DNA of 64,000 nt from Candidatus Marinacidobacterium sp. (lineage in GTDB: Bacteria; Acidobacteriota; Vicinamibacteria; Marinacidobacterales; Marinacidobacteraceae): assembly GCA_965220965.1 (NCBI GenBank), contig OZ244852.1, positions 2,624,001 through 2,688,000 on the forward strand, given 5' to 3'. Below, one piece after another: positions 29,477-41,693 of the stretch. The notes under the pieces were generated by a model. The model was given only the letters and a program-made list of their open reading frames with translations, was not told the origin of the DNA and searched no databases. Position 1 is the first letter of the stretch. The number at the start of each line of letters is the position of its first letter. Both the position numbers and the translations under genes were made by a program.

Positions 29477-29832
29477 TGGAAGCTGTCGCCCGCGCCCGCA
29501 ACGTCCCCGGTTCGGCCCAGAAGGCCCGCCTGGTGCTGGACCTGATCCGGAACCTTCCGGCGGCCGACGCCATCGCCGTCCTCCAGAACACGAACCGGGC
29601 GGTTGCGCCGGTCGTCGAGAAGGTGCTGCGGTCGGCGATCGCGAATGCGCAGAACCGGGCGCTGGCCGAGGCGAAGCGCATCGACGAGGACCAGCTCGTG
29701 GTCAGCGAGGCGGTCGCCGATGTGGGGCCGGCGCGCACGATCGCGCGCAGTGGCCGGCGCGCCCGGATCCGCCGGATCCGCCGGCGCACCACCCACTACA
29801 CGATCCGGGTCACCGCCCGCGAAGAGGATTAG
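29476..29832 (+). CDS. rplV: 50S ribosomal protein uL22
   Basis: [21 protein letters not shown]; position in the S10 operon. Confidence 0.95.
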   Translation: MEAVARARNVPGSAQKARLVLDLIRNLPAADAIAVLQNTNRAVAPVVEKVLRSAIANAQNRALAEAKRIDEDQLVVSEAVADVGPARTIARSGRRARIRRIRRRTTHYTIRVTAREED

Positions 29833-29834
29833 GC

Positions 29835-30536
29835 ATGGGTCAGAAGGTCCACCCGTACGGGTTCCGCCTCGGGTACAGCAAGACCTGGCGCTCCCGCTGG
29901 TTCGCCGCCGGGAACTACCGGGACGCGCTGCACGAGGACTTGCGGCTGCGGCGGCTCCTGAAGCGACGCCTCTACCACGCGGGGATCTCCCGGGTCGAGA
30001 TCGAGCGCCCCGGCAACAAGCTGAACATCTACATCCACACCTCCCGCCCCGGCATCATCATCGGCCGGAAGGGGACCGAGGTCGAGAAGCTCACCCGGGA
30101 CCTGCGGAAGCGGACCGGAAAGGAAGTTCACATCCGGCCGCTGGAGGTCATCAAGCCCGAACTGGATCCGCAGCTCGTGGCCGAGTCGATCGCGCTTCAG
30201 CTCGAGAAGCGGATCGCCTTCCGCCGCGCGATGCGCAAGGCGGTGGAAAACACCATGCGCAACGGCGCCAAGGGCGTGCGCATCCGGTGCGCGGGACGGC
30301 TGAACGGCGCCGATATCGCCCGCTCCGAGTGGTACCTGGAGGGGCAGTTGCCGCTCCACACCCTGCGCGCGGACATCGAGTACGGCCTCGCGGAGGCGTT
30401 CACGACGTACGGGCAGATCGGCGTGAAGTGCTGGGTCTACCGCGGCGTCAGCGACCGTGTGGCCCGGCCCCGCGGCGAGCAGGATCCGGGGATCCCGGGT
30501 CGGCGGGAGGCTCCGAACCCGACGGCTGCGGCCTGA
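29835..30536 (+). CDS. rpsC: 30S ribosomal protein uS3
   Basis: [32 protein letters not shown]. Confidence 0.98.
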   Translation: MGQKVHPYGFRLGYSKTWRSRWFAAGNYRDALHEDLRLRRLLKRRLYHAGISRVEIERPGNKLNIYIHTSRPGIIIGRKGTEVEKLTRDLRKRTGKEVHIRPLEVIKPELDPQLVAESIALQLEKRIAFRRAMRKAVENTMRNGAKGVRIRCAGRLNGADIARSEWYLEGQLPLHTLRADIEYGLAEAFTTYGQIGVKCWVYRGVSDRVARPRGEQDPGIPGRREAPNPTAAA

Positions 30537-30560
30537 TCGAGGGACAGGAGGGACACGGCG

Positions 30561-30983
30561 ATGCTGATGCCGAAGAAGACGCGCTACCGCAAGCAGCAGC
30601 GCGGCCGCATGCGGGGCAAGTCCTGGACGGGCCAGACGGTGGCCTTCGGTGACTTCGGGCTCAAGACCCTCGAGCCGGGCTGGATCACGAACCGCCAGAT
30701 CGAATCGGCCCGGGTTGCGATGACCCGTTTCGTGCGTCGCACCGGCCGGGTCTGGATCCGGGTCTTCCCGGACAAGCCGGTCACCCGCAAGCCCCAGGAG
30801 ACCCGCATGGGCAAGGGAAAGGGCGGTCCCGAGGGCTGGGTGGCCGTCGTGCGCCCCGGGCGGATCCTCTTCGAGATGGAGGGCGTCTCCAGGGAGCAGG
30901 CCGCCGAGGCCATGCGACTGGCCGGGCACAAGCTGCCGGTTCGCACCCGTTTCGTCGGACGCTTCGAGGAGGAGACAGCGTGA
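30561..30983 (+). CDS. rplP: 50S ribosomal protein uL16
   Basis: [24 protein letters not shown]. Confidence 0.98.
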   Translation: MLMPKKTRYRKQQRGRMRGKSWTGQTVAFGDFGLKTLEPGWITNRQIESARVAMTRFVRRTGRVWIRVFPDKPVTRKPQETRMGKGKGGPEGWVAVVRPGRILFEMEGVSREQAAEAMRLAGHKLPVRTRFVGRFEEETA

Positions 30984-31207
30984 AGCCGGCTCAGGTTCGC
31001 GAACTCACCCACGAGGAGCTCGTGCGCAAGATGGAAGAGACCACCAGGGAGCTCTTCGACGCCCGGATCGAGGCGGCGACCGGCCAGCTCGGCCACACCC
31101 ACAAGGTGAAGCTGCTGCGGCGCCGGCGCGCCCGGTTCCAGACGATTCTTCGGGAGCGCGAGCTCCGGATCGACCGTGGCCCGGAGAAGGAGGGCGCGGC
31201 CGGCTGA
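30980..31207 (+). CDS. rpmC: 50S ribosomal protein uL29
   Basis: ELF..R...ATGQL......RR..AR..T; position. Confidence 0.93.
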   Translation: MKPAQVRELTHEELVRKMEETTRELFDARIEAATGQLGHTHKVKLLRRRRARFQTILRERELRIDRGPEKEGAAG

Positions 31208-31222
31208 GGCCGCGGGAGCAGC

Positions 31223-31468
31223 ATGCCGAAACTCATCAAGACCGGGACCGTCGTGTCGGACAAGGCGTCGAAGACCATCACGGTGCTCGTGGAGCGGCTG
31301 GTTGAGCATCCGCTCTACAAGCGCCGCTACAAGAAGTCCTCGCGGTTCTCGGTCCATGACGAGGCGAACGCGGCGTCGGTGGGCGACCGGGTTCAGATCG
31401 AGGAGTGTCGGCCGCGATCGCGCACCAAGCGGTTCCGGCTGCTGAAGATCCTGGAGCGGGCGTCATGA
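31223..31468 (+). CDS. rpsQ: 30S ribosomal protein uS17
   Basis: G.VVSDK..KTI.V, HPLYK, HDE, ECRP.S.TK. Confidence 0.97.
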   Translation: MPKLIKTGTVVSDKASKTITVLVERLVEHPLYKRRYKKSSRFSVHDEANAASVGDRVQIEECRPRSRTKRFRLLKILERAS

Positions 31469-31845
31469 TCCAGATGCAGTCGGTGCTGCAGGTCGCGGAC
31501 AATTCCGGGGCCCGTCGGGTCACCTGCATCCTTCCGGCGAAGCGCGCCTCCGGCGGCGGCGTTGGGCGGGTCGCCCGGCTTGGCGACGTCATCACCGCAT
31601 CGGTGCGCGAAGCCGCTCCGGGGAGCGCGGTCAAGAAGGGGACCGTGGTGCGCGCGGTCATCGTCCGCACCCGGAAGGAGCATCGCCGTCCGGACGGTTC
31701 TTACATCCGGTTCGGGGACAACGCGGCCGTGCTGGTGAACGATCAGAAGGAGCCGACCGGCACCCGGGTCTTCGGTCCGGTGGCGCGCGAGCTCCGGGAA
31801 CGCCAGTTCATGAAGATCGTCTCGCTGGCGCCGGAGGTGCTCTGA
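31465..31845 (+). CDS. rplN: 50S ribosomal protein uL14
   Basis: [34 protein letters not shown]. Confidence 0.98.
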   Translation: MIQMQSVLQVADNSGARRVTCILPAKRASGGGVGRVARLGDVITASVREAAPGSAVKKGTVVRAVIVRTRKEHRRPDGSYIRFGDNAAVLVNDQKEPTGTRVFGPVARELRERQFMKIVSLAPEVL

Positions 31846-31846
31846 G

Positions 31847-32200
31847 ATGGGCCGCCGCTTCACGCCGCCGCCCCCGAGGCGGCTGCACGTCCGGAAGAAC
31901 GATCTCGTCCTGGTCGTGGCCGGAGCCGATGTCGGGAAGCGCGGCCGCGTGCTGCGCGTGTTTCGCGACACCGGCAGGGTCCTGGTCGAGGGCGTCCACA
32001 TGATCCAGCGCCACACCAAGGCGAACCCGCGTCAGAACATCAAGGGCGGGATGGTGCAGCGGGAGGCGCCGATCGCGGTGAGCAACGTGATGCTCATTGA
32101 CCCCGAGACGAACCTCCCCACGCGGATTCGTCGCTCCACGCTCACGGACGGCCGCAAGGTGCGGGTCAGCGTCCGTTCCGACGGGGTGATCGACAAGTGA
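31847..32200 (+). CDS. rplX: 50S ribosomal protein uL24
   Basis: KOW D.V.V.AG.D.GK.G.V, EAPI.VSNV. Confidence 0.96.
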   Translation: MGRRFTPPPPRRLHVRKNDLVLVVAGADVGKRGRVLRVFRDTGRVLVEGVHMIQRHTKANPRQNIKGGMVQREAPIAVSNVMLIDPETNLPTRIRRSTLTDGRKVRVSVRSDGVIDK

Positions 32201-32745
32201 GCCGCATCCGCGATCAGTACCGCGACCGGATCGCCGGCGAGTTGCGCGAACGGCTCGCGATCGCCAACGTCAACGCGATTCCGAAGATCACCAAGGTCGT
32301 CGTCAACATGGGGGTCGGTGAAGGCGCGCGCGAGCACAAGTTCATCGATGCCGCGGTGAGCGATCTCCGGGCCATCACCGGTCAGCAGCCGGTGGTCACC
32401 CGCGCCCGCAAGTCCATCGCGAACTTCAAGATCCGCGATGGGATGCCGGTGGGGGCCCGGGTGACTCTCCGCGGCGTGCGGATGTACGAGTTCATCGACC
32501 GCCTGATCAACATCGCTCTCCCCCGGGTGCACGATTTCCGCGGCGTCCCGGAGCGCGCCTTCGACGGGCGGGGGAACTACACCCTGGGGTTGACCGACCA
32601 GTCGGTCTTCCCCGAAATCGATTACTCGAAGATCGAGAAGACCCGGGGGATGAACATCACGATCTGTACGACCGCCGGCCAGGACGATCACGCGCGCGAA
32701 CTGCTTCGCGCCTTCGGGATGCCGTTCGCGCGGCGCGAAGACTGA
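32197..32745 (+). CDS. rplE: 50S ribosomal protein uL5
   Basis: [30 protein letters not shown]. Confidence 0.98.
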   Translation: MSRIRDQYRDRIAGELRERLAIANVNAIPKITKVVVNMGVGEGAREHKFIDAAVSDLRAITGQQPVVTRARKSIANFKIRDGMPVGARVTLRGVRMYEFIDRLINIALPRVHDFRGVPERAFDGRGNYTLGLTDQSVFPEIDYSKIEKTRGMNITICTTAGQDDHARELLRAFGMPFARRED

Positions 32746-32764
32746 TTGGGCTCGGGAGAGGACC

Positions 32765-32950
32765 GTGGCGAAGAAATCACTGATTGCCAAGGCGAAGGCG
32801 AAGCCCAAATTCCGGGTCCGCAAGTACAACCGCTGTCTCAGTTGCGGCCGCCCACGCGCCTACCTGCGCAAATTCGGGCTCTGCCGCCTCTGCTTTCGCA
32901 AACTGGCCCTCGCCGGCGAGATTCCCGGCGTGATCAAGGCGAGCTGGTAG
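32765..32950 (+). CDS. rpsN: 30S ribosomal protein uS14 (type Z, Zn-binding)
   Basis: 61 aa, [23 protein letters not shown]. Confidence 0.97.
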   Translation: MAKKSLIAKAKAKPKFRVRKYNRCLSCGRPRAYLRKFGLCRLCFRKLALAGEIPGVIKASW

Positions 32951-32959
32951 GAGCCTCCC

Positions 32960-33355
32960 ATGTGGTCTGACCCCATCGCCGACATGCTGACCCGCCTCCG
33001 GAACGCGGTCCGGGCCCGGCACGATTTCGTCGAGATTCCCGCTTCGGGTCTGAAGCAGGAAATCGCCCGCATCCTTCACGACGAGGGATACGTGGACGGC
33101 TGGGAGCGCGTCCCCCGCCCGCCGCAGGATGTCCTGCGGATCCGGATCCGCCGCCTGCCCGGCAATCGGGATGCGCTGACCGGTCTGAAGCGGGTCTCCA
33201 AGCCGGGCGCCCGGGTGTACGCCTCGAGCGCCGGCATCACGAAGACGCAGGGCGGTCTCGGCATCACCGTGCTCTCGACGTCGCGCGGCGTGATGACCGG
33301 ACGGCAGGCGCGCGAAATCGGCGTCGGCGGCGAGGTCCTTTGCCGGATCTGGTGA
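32960..33355 (+). CDS. rpsH: 30S ribosomal protein uS8
   Basis: [30 protein letters not shown]. Confidence 0.97.
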   Translation: MWSDPIADMLTRLRNAVRARHDFVEIPASGLKQEIARILHDEGYVDGWERVPRPPQDVLRIRIRRLPGNRDALTGLKRVSKPGARVYASSAGITKTQGGLGITVLSTSRGVMTGRQAREIGVGGEVLCRIW

Positions 33356-33389
33356 ACGCCGGCGCGAGTCGAGGTCCGAAGGAAGAACG

Positions 33390-33923
33390 ATGTCCCGTAT
33401 AGGCGCGAAGCCGATCCCGGTTCCGTCCGGGGTTTCCGTGGCGATCGAGAGCTCCCGGGTCCAGGTCAAGGGGCCGAAGGGCGCGCTCGCTTCGCCGATC
33501 CCTCCCGGCGTCGAGGTTCAGCAAGAGGATTCGGTTCTGACCGTGTCCCTGACGGACTCCTCGGGCGATCGGGCCATGTGGGGCCTCGCTCGCGCCCTCC
33601 TCGCGAACGCGGTGACCGGAGTCTCGACCGGGTTCCGGAAGGAGCTCGACATCGTGGGCGTCGGCTACCGCGCCCAGGTGAAGGGCCGCTCCGTGACGTT
33701 CGCGCTCGGATACTCGCACCCCATCGAATTCCCCCTGCCGGAGGGCATCGAGGTGCAGGTGGAGAAGAACACCCACATCGTGGTCTCCGGATACGACAAG
33801 CAGGTGGTCGGCGAGGTCGCCGCCCGGATGCGGGCGTTGCGCAAGCCCGACCCCTACAAGCACAAGGGCGTTCGCTATACCGGAGAGCGCCTCATCAAGA
33901 AGGCCGGCAAGACCGGCGCCTGA
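33390..33923 (+). CDS. rplF: 50S ribosomal protein uL6
   Basis: MSRIG..P, VKGPKG, GVGYRA, PDPYK.KG. Confidence 0.98.
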   Translation: MSRIGAKPIPVPSGVSVAIESSRVQVKGPKGALASPIPPGVEVQQEDSVLTVSLTDSSGDRAMWGLARALLANAVTGVSTGFRKELDIVGVGYRAQVKGRSVTFALGYSHPIEFPLPEGIEVQVEKNTHIVVSGYDKQVVGEVAARMRALRKPDPYKHKGVRYTGERLIKKAGKTGA

Positions 33924-33955
33924 GGCCCCTTCGCAAGAGCACCCGGGAGACCGAC

Positions 33956-34309
33956 ATGCCGAACCGTCCCCGCCGCGATGTGCGGCGGCGCATCCACGCC
34001 CGGATCCGCCGGAAGGTCGTGGGGACCTCCGGGCGCCCGCGGCTGGCCGTCTTCCGGTCGCTGAAGCACATCTACGCCCAGGTGATCGACGACGCCGCCG
34101 GACGCACGCTGGCCTCGGCGGGAAGCCGCGAGCCCGGGATGGGCGCCGGCGGTAACGCCCAGGGCGCCTCCGCGGTGGGGACGGCCCTCGCCGAGCGGGC
34201 GCGCGCGGCGGGCATCGAGACGGTGGTCTTCGACCGGGGCGGGGTGAAGTACCACGGGCGGGTCAAGGCGCTCGCCGACGCGGTGCGTGAAGGAGGCATC
34301 CGGTGCTGA
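33956..34309 (+). CDS. rplR: 50S ribosomal protein uL18
   Basis: [28 protein letters not shown]; start ATG 33956. Confidence 0.97.
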   Translation: MPNRPRRDVRRRIHARIRRKVVGTSGRPRLAVFRSLKHIYAQVIDDAAGRTLASAGSREPGMGAGGNAQGASAVGTALAERARAAGIETVVFDRGGVKYHGRVKALADAVREGGIRC

Positions 34310-34866
34310 GCATGGATCCCTCGGGACGCCGTCCCGGGCGCGGACCCCGCAACACCCAGCTCGAGCGGACGGGAGATCCCGACCTCAAGGACAAGGTGGT
34401 TTCGATCAACCGCGTCACCAAGGTCGTGAAGGGCGGCAAGAACCTGTCCTTCTCCGCCCTCGTCGTGGTGGGCAACGAGGACGGCCGGGTCGGATTCGGC
34501 CTGGGCAAGGCCCGCGAGGTTCCGGCGGCGATCAAGAAGGGGATCGAGATCGCCAAGAAGAACATGACCGACATCCCCCGCGAGGGCTCCACGATCGCTC
34601 ACGAAGTCGTGGGGATCTTCGGCGCCGGCCGCGTTCTGCTGAAGCCCGCGTCGAAGGGGACCGGCGTGATCGCCGGCGGGCCGGTCCGGGCGGTCATCGA
34701 GCTCGCCGGGATCCGCGACATCCTGACGAAGTCGCTCGGGACGGCGAACCCCAAGAACGTGGTGGAGGCCACGATGGCCGGGCTGCTGTCGCTGCGCTCC
34801 CGCAAGGGCGTGGCGGAGCTTCGCGGCAAGGATGTCAGCCACATCGAGGCCGAGATCCGCGCGTAA
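34303..34866 (+). CDS. rpsE: 30S ribosomal protein uS5
   Basis: [29 protein letters not shown]. Confidence 0.98.
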   Translation: MLSMDPSGRRPGRGPRNTQLERTGDPDLKDKVVSINRVTKVVKGGKNLSFSALVVVGNEDGRVGFGLGKAREVPAAIKKGIEIAKKNMTDIPREGSTIAHEVVGIFGAGRVLLKPASKGTGVIAGGPVRAVIELAGIRDILTKSLGTANPKNVVEATMAGLLSLRSRKGVAELRGKDVSHIEAEIRA

Positions 34867-34880
34867 CGAGGACAACCGTC

Positions 34881-35129
34881 ATGACATCCACTGGCGCCGG
34901 CGCGGCCTCCGGGTCGCCGGCGATCATCGTGCAGCAGGTGCGCGGACTCGCCGGGTCCACCCGCGCCCAGCGGAACGTCGTCCGCGGGCTCGGACTGCGA
35001 CGGATCGGCCACACCGTGACCCGCCCGGACAACCCGATGACTCGGGGGATGGTGGCCCGGGTGCCCCATCTGGTCCGGATCGTGGAGTCCGATCCGTCGT
35101 CCGCCGACGCCGGAAGGAGCGAGTCGTGA
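34881..35129 (+). CDS. rpmD: 50S ribosomal protein uL30
   Basis: QVR...G....[15 protein letters not shown]...V.HLV; short N- and C-terminal extensions. Confidence 0.92.
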   Translation: MTSTGAGAASGSPAIIVQQVRGLAGSTRAQRNVVRGLGLRRIGHTVTRPDNPMTRGMVARVPHLVRIVESDPSSADAGRSES

Positions 35130-35661
35130 GTCTCCACGAGCTGAAGCCGCCCGAGGGGGCCGTCCGGCCCAGAAAGCGCCGTGGCCGCGGTCCCGGTTCG
35201 GGGACCGGAAAGACCGCCGGGCGCGGACACAAGGGCGCCCGTTCCCGTTCCGGGTACTCGCTTCGCCGCGGGTTCGAGGGCGGCCAGATGCCGCTCATCC
35301 GCCGCGTCCCGAAGCGGGGCTTCACGAACATCTTCCGTCAGGAGTACGAGGTGGTGAACCTGACGGACCTCGCCCGCTTCAGCGAGGGCTCCGTCGTCTC
35401 GGAGCGCGAGCTGGCGGAGGCGCGCCTGGTGCGCGGCGTCCGGGTGGTCCCCCGCGGCCCCGATGACGAGCCGCGGCTGGTCCGCCGCCGCGGGTTCCGG
35501 GTGAAGGTTCTCGGCGACGGCGAACTCGACCGCCGCCTCACGGTCCGCGCGCACGCCTTCAGCGCCGCCGCCCGCCGCAAGATCGAGGCGGCCGGTGGCG
35601 CGGCGGAAGTTCTTCCGGTGGGGGCGGGCGCCCCCGACACGACTCCGGACGAGGACGGTTC

Positions 35662-35665
<4 letters not shown>
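35126..35665 (+). CDS. rplO: 50S ribosomal protein uL15
   Basis: [36 protein letters not shown]. Confidence 0.97.
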
Positions 35666-37044
<1,379 letters not shown>

Positions 37045-37064
37045 GCATTCCGGGAGATCCCAAG

Positions 37065-37646
37065 ATGCGCGCGGTCATCCTGCTCGGCGCTCCCGGCGCC
37101 GGCAAAGGGACGCAGGCGGAGCGTCTGGCCGCGGAGCTCCGCCTTCCGCACATCTCCACCGGGGCGATCCTGCGCCAGGCCGCCTCCGAGGGGACGCCGC
37201 TGGGCCTCGAGGCCAAGCGGATCATGGAGGCGGGGGAGCTGGTGAGCGACGCCCTCGTGCTCGGGATCGTCGAGGAGCGCATCGGCGCCGCGGACTGTCG
37301 CGAGGGCTTCATTCTCGACGGCTATCCCCGGAACCGGGCGCAGGGCGAGGCGCTCGATGCGCTGCTGGACCGGATCGGAGCGGAGACCCTGGTCGTCAAC
37401 ATCGAGGTTCCCACCGCGGAGCTCGAGGCCAGGATTCGCGGGCGCCGTCAGGAAGGGGGCCGCGATGACGACTCCGAGACCGCGCTCCGTCGTCGTCTCG
37501 CGGTCTACGAGTCCGAGACCCGCCCGCTTCTCGACCACTACGTGGGCCGGGTGACCGGCATCGCCGGGGTCGGCTCGCGGGACGATGTCTTCGGGCGGAT
37601 CCTGGAGGCGGTCCCCGGGGTTGCAGTGGGAGCCGGGTCCCGATGA
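37065..37646 (+). CDS. adk: Adenylate kinase (short-LID type)
   Basis: LLGAPGAGKGTQA, HISTG, LDGYPR, GR.DD; start ATG 37065. Confidence 0.96.
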   Translation: MRAVILLGAPGAGKGTQAERLAAELRLPHISTGAILRQAASEGTPLGLEAKRIMEAGELVSDALVLGIVEERIGAADCREGFILDGYPRNRAQGEALDALLDRIGAETLVVNIEVPTAELEARIRGRRQEGGRDDDSETALRRRLAVYESETRPLLDHYVGRVTGIAGVGSRDDVFGRILEAVPGVAVGAGSR

Positions 37647-38437
37647 TCGCGCGAACGGACGCCGAGCTGGACAAGCTCCACCAGGCGAACGCCATCACCG
37701 TGGAAACGCTCGAGCTTCTCTCCCGCACCGTGGAGCCCGGCATGACGACGGCGCACCTCGACCGGGTGGCGGCGAAGAACCTCAGGCGTCACGGCGTCAA
37801 GTCGGCGTTCAAGGGGTACCAGGGTTTTCCGGCGACGCTGTGCGTTTCGGTGAACGATGAGGTCGTCCACGGCATCCCTTCGCGCTGGCGGCGTCTCCGG
37901 GACGGCGACATCGTGAGTCTCGACTTCGGGTGCATCGTGGACGGCTACTACGGGGACAACGCCATGACCGTGCCGGTCGGGACGGTCGACTCCGAGACGG
38001 CCCGTCTGCTCGAGACCACCGAGCGCGCGCTCCACGCCGGCATTGCGGCGGCGCGTCCCGGGAGTCCGGTCTCCGCCATCGGCTACGCGGTATCGGATTT
38101 CGTTCGGAGCGAGGGCTTCTCGATCGTCCGCGAGTACGGCGGGCACGGGATCGGCACGAGTCTCCATTCGGACCCGTTCATTCCCAACTTCGGGGATCCG
38201 CGCCAGACGACCCGGCTCGTCGCCGGCGGGGTCATCGCCATCGAACCGATGGTGAACCGGGGTGGTCCCGCGGTCCGCGTGAAGCGGGATCGCTGGACGG
38301 TGGTCACGAAGGACGGCAGCCTGTCGGCCCATTTCGAGCGCTCCATCGCCATTACGGATGACGGCGCCTGGGTCCTCGCGGAGCCCCGCGGGGGCGGCGG
38401 CGAGCCGGAGCAGACAACCCGCGGAGGCGGAGCATGA
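37643..38437 (+). CDS. map: Methionine aminopeptidase type I
   Basis: [35 protein letters not shown]. Confidence 0.97.
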   Translation: MIARTDAELDKLHQANAITVETLELLSRTVEPGMTTAHLDRVAAKNLRRHGVKSAFKGYQGFPATLCVSVNDEVVHGIPSRWRRLRDGDIVSLDFGCIVDGYYGDNAMTVPVGTVDSETARLLETTERALHAGIAAARPGSPVSAIGYAVSDFVRSEGFSIVREYGGHGIGTSLHSDPFIPNFGDPRQTTRLVAGGVIAIEPMVNRGGPAVRVKRDRWTVVTKDGSLSAHFERSIAITDDGAWVLAEPRGGGGEPEQTTRGGGA

Positions 38438-38655
38438 CGAAGGAAGGCGCGATTTCCGTGGAGGCCACCGTGATGGAGCCTCTGCCGAACGCGATGTTCC
38501 GGGTCAAGCTGGACAGCGGCGACCACAAGGTGCTCGCTCACGTGTCCGGCAAGATGCGGAAGAGTTTCATCAAGGTGCTGCCGGGCGACCGGGTGCTCGT
38601 GGAGCTGTCGCCCTACGACCTGAGTCGCGGCCGCATCGTCTACCGGTGCAAATAG
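38434..38655 (+). CDS. infA: Translation initiation factor IF-1
   Basis: [30 protein letters not shown]. Confidence 0.98.
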   Translation: MTKEGAISVEATVMEPLPNAMFRVKLDSGDHKVLAHVSGKMRKSFIKVLPGDRVLVELSPYDLSRGRIVYRCK

Positions 38656-38685
38656 CTGCGGTTCGGGGCCCAGGAGGGAACGGTC

Positions 38686-38799
38686 ATGAAGGTGCGCACA
38701 TCGGTTCGCAGGATCTGCGCCAAGTGCCGGATCATTCGCCGCCGGGGAGTCGTGCGGGTGATCTGCGAGAACCCCAAGCACAAGCAGCGTCAGGGGTGA
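38686..38799 (+). CDS. rpmJ: 50S ribosomal protein bL36 (absent from the ORF track)
   Basis: Manual translation [37 protein letters not shown]. Confidence 0.98.
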   Translation: MKVRTSVRRICAKCRIIRRRGVVRVICENPKHKQRQG

Positions 38800-38867
38800 T
38801 CGGGATGACTGCAGCCATTTCGCGCCGACGGGACGGCTCCCCGCGGGCGACCTGAGGAGGAGCTTCC

Positions 38868-39227
38868 ATGGCGAGGATCGCAGGCGTGGACCTGCCGCGC
38901 GGCAAGCGGATCGATGTCGGTCTGACCTACATTTACGGAGTCGGCGCCTTCCGCGCCGGCCGGGTGCTGGAACAGGCCGGAATCGAACCGGGCCGCCGGG
39001 TCAGCGAGTTGACCGAAGAGGAAGTCAGCCGCATCGGAAGGATCGTGGAAGCCGAAGGCAGCGTCGAGGGAGACCTCCGCAAGCGGCTTTCCATGGATCT
39101 CAAGCGGCTCATGGACATCGGCTGCTACCGCGGCCTCCGCCACCGGCGCGGCCTGCCGGCGCGGGGACAGCGGACCAAGACGAACTCCCGCACGCGGCGA
39201 GGTCCGCGGCGCGGGATGCGGCGTTAG
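38868..39227 (+). CDS. rpsM: 30S ribosomal protein uS13
   Basis: [30 protein letters not shown]. Confidence 0.98.
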   Translation: MARIAGVDLPRGKRIDVGLTYIYGVGAFRAGRVLEQAGIEPGRRVSELTEEEVSRIGRIVEAEGSVEGDLRKRLSMDLKRLMDIGCYRGLRHRRGLPARGQRTKTNSRTRRGPRRGMRR

Positions 39228-39248
39228 CGCGAAACGGAACTACAGGAC

Positions 39249-39647
39249 ATGGCGAAGAAAAAGGCGAAACGCCGCACCGGCAAGAAGCGCGAGAGGCGCA
39301 CCCTGACCGCCGGCGTGGTCTCGGTTCAGGCGACCTACCACAACACGATCATCACGTTCGCCGATCCGGCGGGCAACGTCGTGTGCTGGTCGAGCGCCGG
39401 AGCCCAGGGCTTCAGCGGCTCCCGCAAGCAGACGCCGTTCGCCGCCCAGCAGGCGGCGGGGGCGGCCGCCCGCGAGGCGCGGACGCTGGGCTGCACCCAT
39501 GTGGAGGTTCGGGTCAAGGGGCCCGGCTCCGGGCGTGAAGCCGCGATCCGCGCGGTGGCCGCCGCCGGGATCGAAGTGAAGTCCATCCGGGACGTCACCC
39601 CGATCCCCCACAACGGCTGTCGCCCGCCCAAGAAGCGACGGAACTAG
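39249..39647 (+). CDS. rpsK: 30S ribosomal protein uS11
   Basis: [30 protein letters not shown]. Confidence 0.98.
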   Translation: MAKKKAKRRTGKKRERRTLTAGVVSVQATYHNTIITFADPAGNVVCWSSAGAQGFSGSRKQTPFAAQQAAGAAAREARTLGCTHVEVRVKGPGSGREAAIRAVAAAGIEVKSIRDVTPIPHNGCRPPKKRRN

Positions 39648-39657
39648 GAGAAGCGAC

Positions 39658-40290
39658 TTGGCGAGATACCGAGGCCCCGTCTGCCGGCTGTGCCGGCGGG
39701 AAGGGGCGAAGCTGTTCCTGAAGGGCGAGCGCTGTCTCACCCCGAAGTGCGCCATCGACAAGCGGAACTTCGCTCCCGGCGCCCATGGCAAGTCCCGGCG
39801 CAGCCGGGTTCAGGGCTACGGGCTGCAGCTCCGCGAGAAGCAGAAGGCGAAGCGCGTGTACGGCGTGCTCGAGCGTCAGTTCCGGCTCTATTTCGAGCAG
39901 GCCGAGCGCCAGCGGGCCGTTACCGGCACGTATCTGCTCCAGCTTCTGGAGCGGCGGCTCGACAACACGGTCTACCGGCTCGGCCTCGCGCCTTCGCGCG
40001 CCGCGGCCCGGCTGTTCGTGCGACACGGCCACGTCGAACTGAACGGCAGGCGGGTGGACATTCCCTCCTGCATCGTGAACCAGGGCGACGTGATCAAGGT
40101 CGCGGAGAGGACCCGCAAGAAGGACTTCTTCAAGCAGCTTCTGGAGGCGGCCGAGGGGCGGACGGTCCCTGACTGGCTCGAAAGGGAGGCCGAGGACCTG
40201 GCCACCGGTCGCGTGACGGCGCTCCCCACCGGGGACGACCCGCAGCTCAAGATCCGCGAGCAGCTCATCGTCGAGCTGTACTCGCGGTAG
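39658..40290 (+). CDS. rpsD: 30S ribosomal protein uS4
   Basis: TTG start; ARYRGP.CRLCRREG, LREKQK, LERRLDN.VYRLG, IVELYSR. Confidence 0.98.
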   Translation: MARYRGPVCRLCRREGAKLFLKGERCLTPKCAIDKRNFAPGAHGKSRRSRVQGYGLQLREKQKAKRVYGVLERQFRLYFEQAERQRAVTGTYLLQLLERRLDNTVYRLGLAPSRAAARLFVRHGHVELNGRRVDIPSCIVNQGDVIKVAERTRKKDFFKQLLEAAEGRTVPDWLEREAEDLATGRVTALPTGDDPQLKIREQLIVELYSR

Positions 40291-40300
40291 GAAAGACCCA

Positions 40301-41272
40301 GTGACGAACGACGGAATTCTGGAACTCCAAAGCCCCCGGGGGCTGAATGTCGAGGAGAGCACCGATGTCTACGGCCGCTTCTCCGCATCTCCCTTCGAGC
40401 GCGGCTGGGGAGTCACGGTCGGGAACGCCCTGCGGCGGATGCTGATCGCCTCGATCGAGGGGGCCGCCGTGACCGCGGTCCGGTTCGAGGGAGTCCAGCA
40501 CGAGCTCTCGACGATCCCCGGGGTCAAGGAAGACACCCTCGACATCATCCTGAACATCTCCCGGGTGCCGCTCCGGGTCCACGGCGATGAGCCGAGGACG
40601 ATCCATCTGAGCGCCAGCAAGCCCGGAGCGCTGACCTCCGGCGCCATCCGGACGGATCCCAACGTGGATGTCCTCGACCCGGACGTGCACATCGCCACGA
40701 TGACCCAGCCGGGCAACCTGGAAATCGAGATGCGCGTCCGCAACGGTCGCGGCTACGTCACGGCGGAACGGAACCGCGAGCGGGAAGAGAACCTGGATGT
40801 GGGTTACATCCCGGTGGACTCCTCCCATTCGCCGGTGCGCCGGGTGAACTTCAAGGTGGAGCCGGCCCGGGTGGGCCAGGACACCGACTTCGACAAGCTG
40901 GTGCTGGAAGTGTTCACGAACGGCGCGGTCGGGCCGCAGGAAGCGATGGGCACCGCCTCGCGCCTGCTCCGGGACATGCTGGGCATCTTCGGCGGCGGCG
41001 ATGACGAGATCCTCGACGGGATTCCGGTCTCCGACGACCAGAAGGCCTTCGAGAAGTACCGCGAGGTCCAGATCGACGAGTACGCGCAGCAGCTTTCGGT
41101 GCGCGCCTACAACGGGCTGCGGAACGCCGGCATCGAGACGCTGGGCGATCTCGTCCTGAAGAGTGAACGGGATCTCCTGCGCGAACGCAACATCGGCCGG
41201 AAGAGCATCGAGGAGATCCAGCGGATCCTCGGACCCCTGAATCTCAGGCTCGGAATGGGAGGCGGCGACTGA
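40301..41272 (+). CDS. rpoA: RNA polymerase alpha subunit
   Basis: PFERG.G.T.GNALRR, RGYV, CTD LSVRAYN.L, GRKS..EI. Confidence 0.98.
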   Translation: MTNDGILELQSPRGLNVEESTDVYGRFSASPFERGWGVTVGNALRRMLIASIEGAAVTAVRFEGVQHELSTIPGVKEDTLDIILNISRVPLRVHGDEPRTIHLSASKPGALTSGAIRTDPNVDVLDPDVHIATMTQPGNLEIEMRVRNGRGYVTAERNREREENLDVGYIPVDSSHSPVRRVNFKVEPARVGQDTDFDKLVLEVFTNGAVGPQEAMGTASRLLRDMLGIFGGGDDEILDGIPVSDDQKAFEKYREVQIDEYAQQLSVRAYNGLRNAGIETLGDLVLKSERDLLRERNIGRKSIEEIQRILGPLNLRLGMGGGD

Positions 41273-41273
41273 G

Positions 41274-41627
41274 ATGCGCCACCGTCTCGCGCACCGCAAG
41301 CTGGGCCGGAGTTCGGCCCACCGGCGGGCGCTCCTCCGGAACCTCTCGGCGACCCTGATCGAGCACGGTCACCTGCGGACCACGCTGGCCAAGGCCAAGG
41401 AAGTGCGCCCCTTCGTGGAGCGGCTGGTGACGCTCGGCCGCCGGACGGATCTCCACGCCCGGCGCCGGGCGCTTCAGATCCTTCCCCGGAAGGCCATCGT
41501 GGCCCACCTCTTCTCCGAAGTCGGCCCGAAGTTCACCGATCGCCCCGGCGGCTACACGCGGATCCTCAAGCTCGGACCACGCAAGGGAGACGGCGCTCCC
41601 ATGGCCCGCATCGAGTTCGTCGACTGA
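41274..41627 (+). CDS. rplQ: 50S ribosomal protein bL17
   Basis: MRHR...RKLGR.SAHR, RPGGYTRILK, R.GDGA.MA.IE. Confidence 0.98.
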   Translation: MRHRLAHRKLGRSSAHRRALLRNLSATLIEHGHLRTTLAKAKEVRPFVERLVTLGRRTDLHARRRALQILPRKAIVAHLFSEVGPKFTDRPGGYTRILKLGPRKGDGAPMARIEFVD

Positions 41628-41663
41628 CGCGAGGGCGCCCCTGATCGGGGTTGCCCGCCCGCG

Positions 41664-41693
41664 CCGGGAGCGGCGTTCGTCGCTCCCGGTTTC
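41664..41693 (+). terminator. Hairpin between convergent rplQ and the EF-G2 gene; probable intrinsic terminator
   Basis: CCGGGAGCGGC-GTTC-GTCGCTCCCGG followed by TTTC. Confidence 0.6.
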
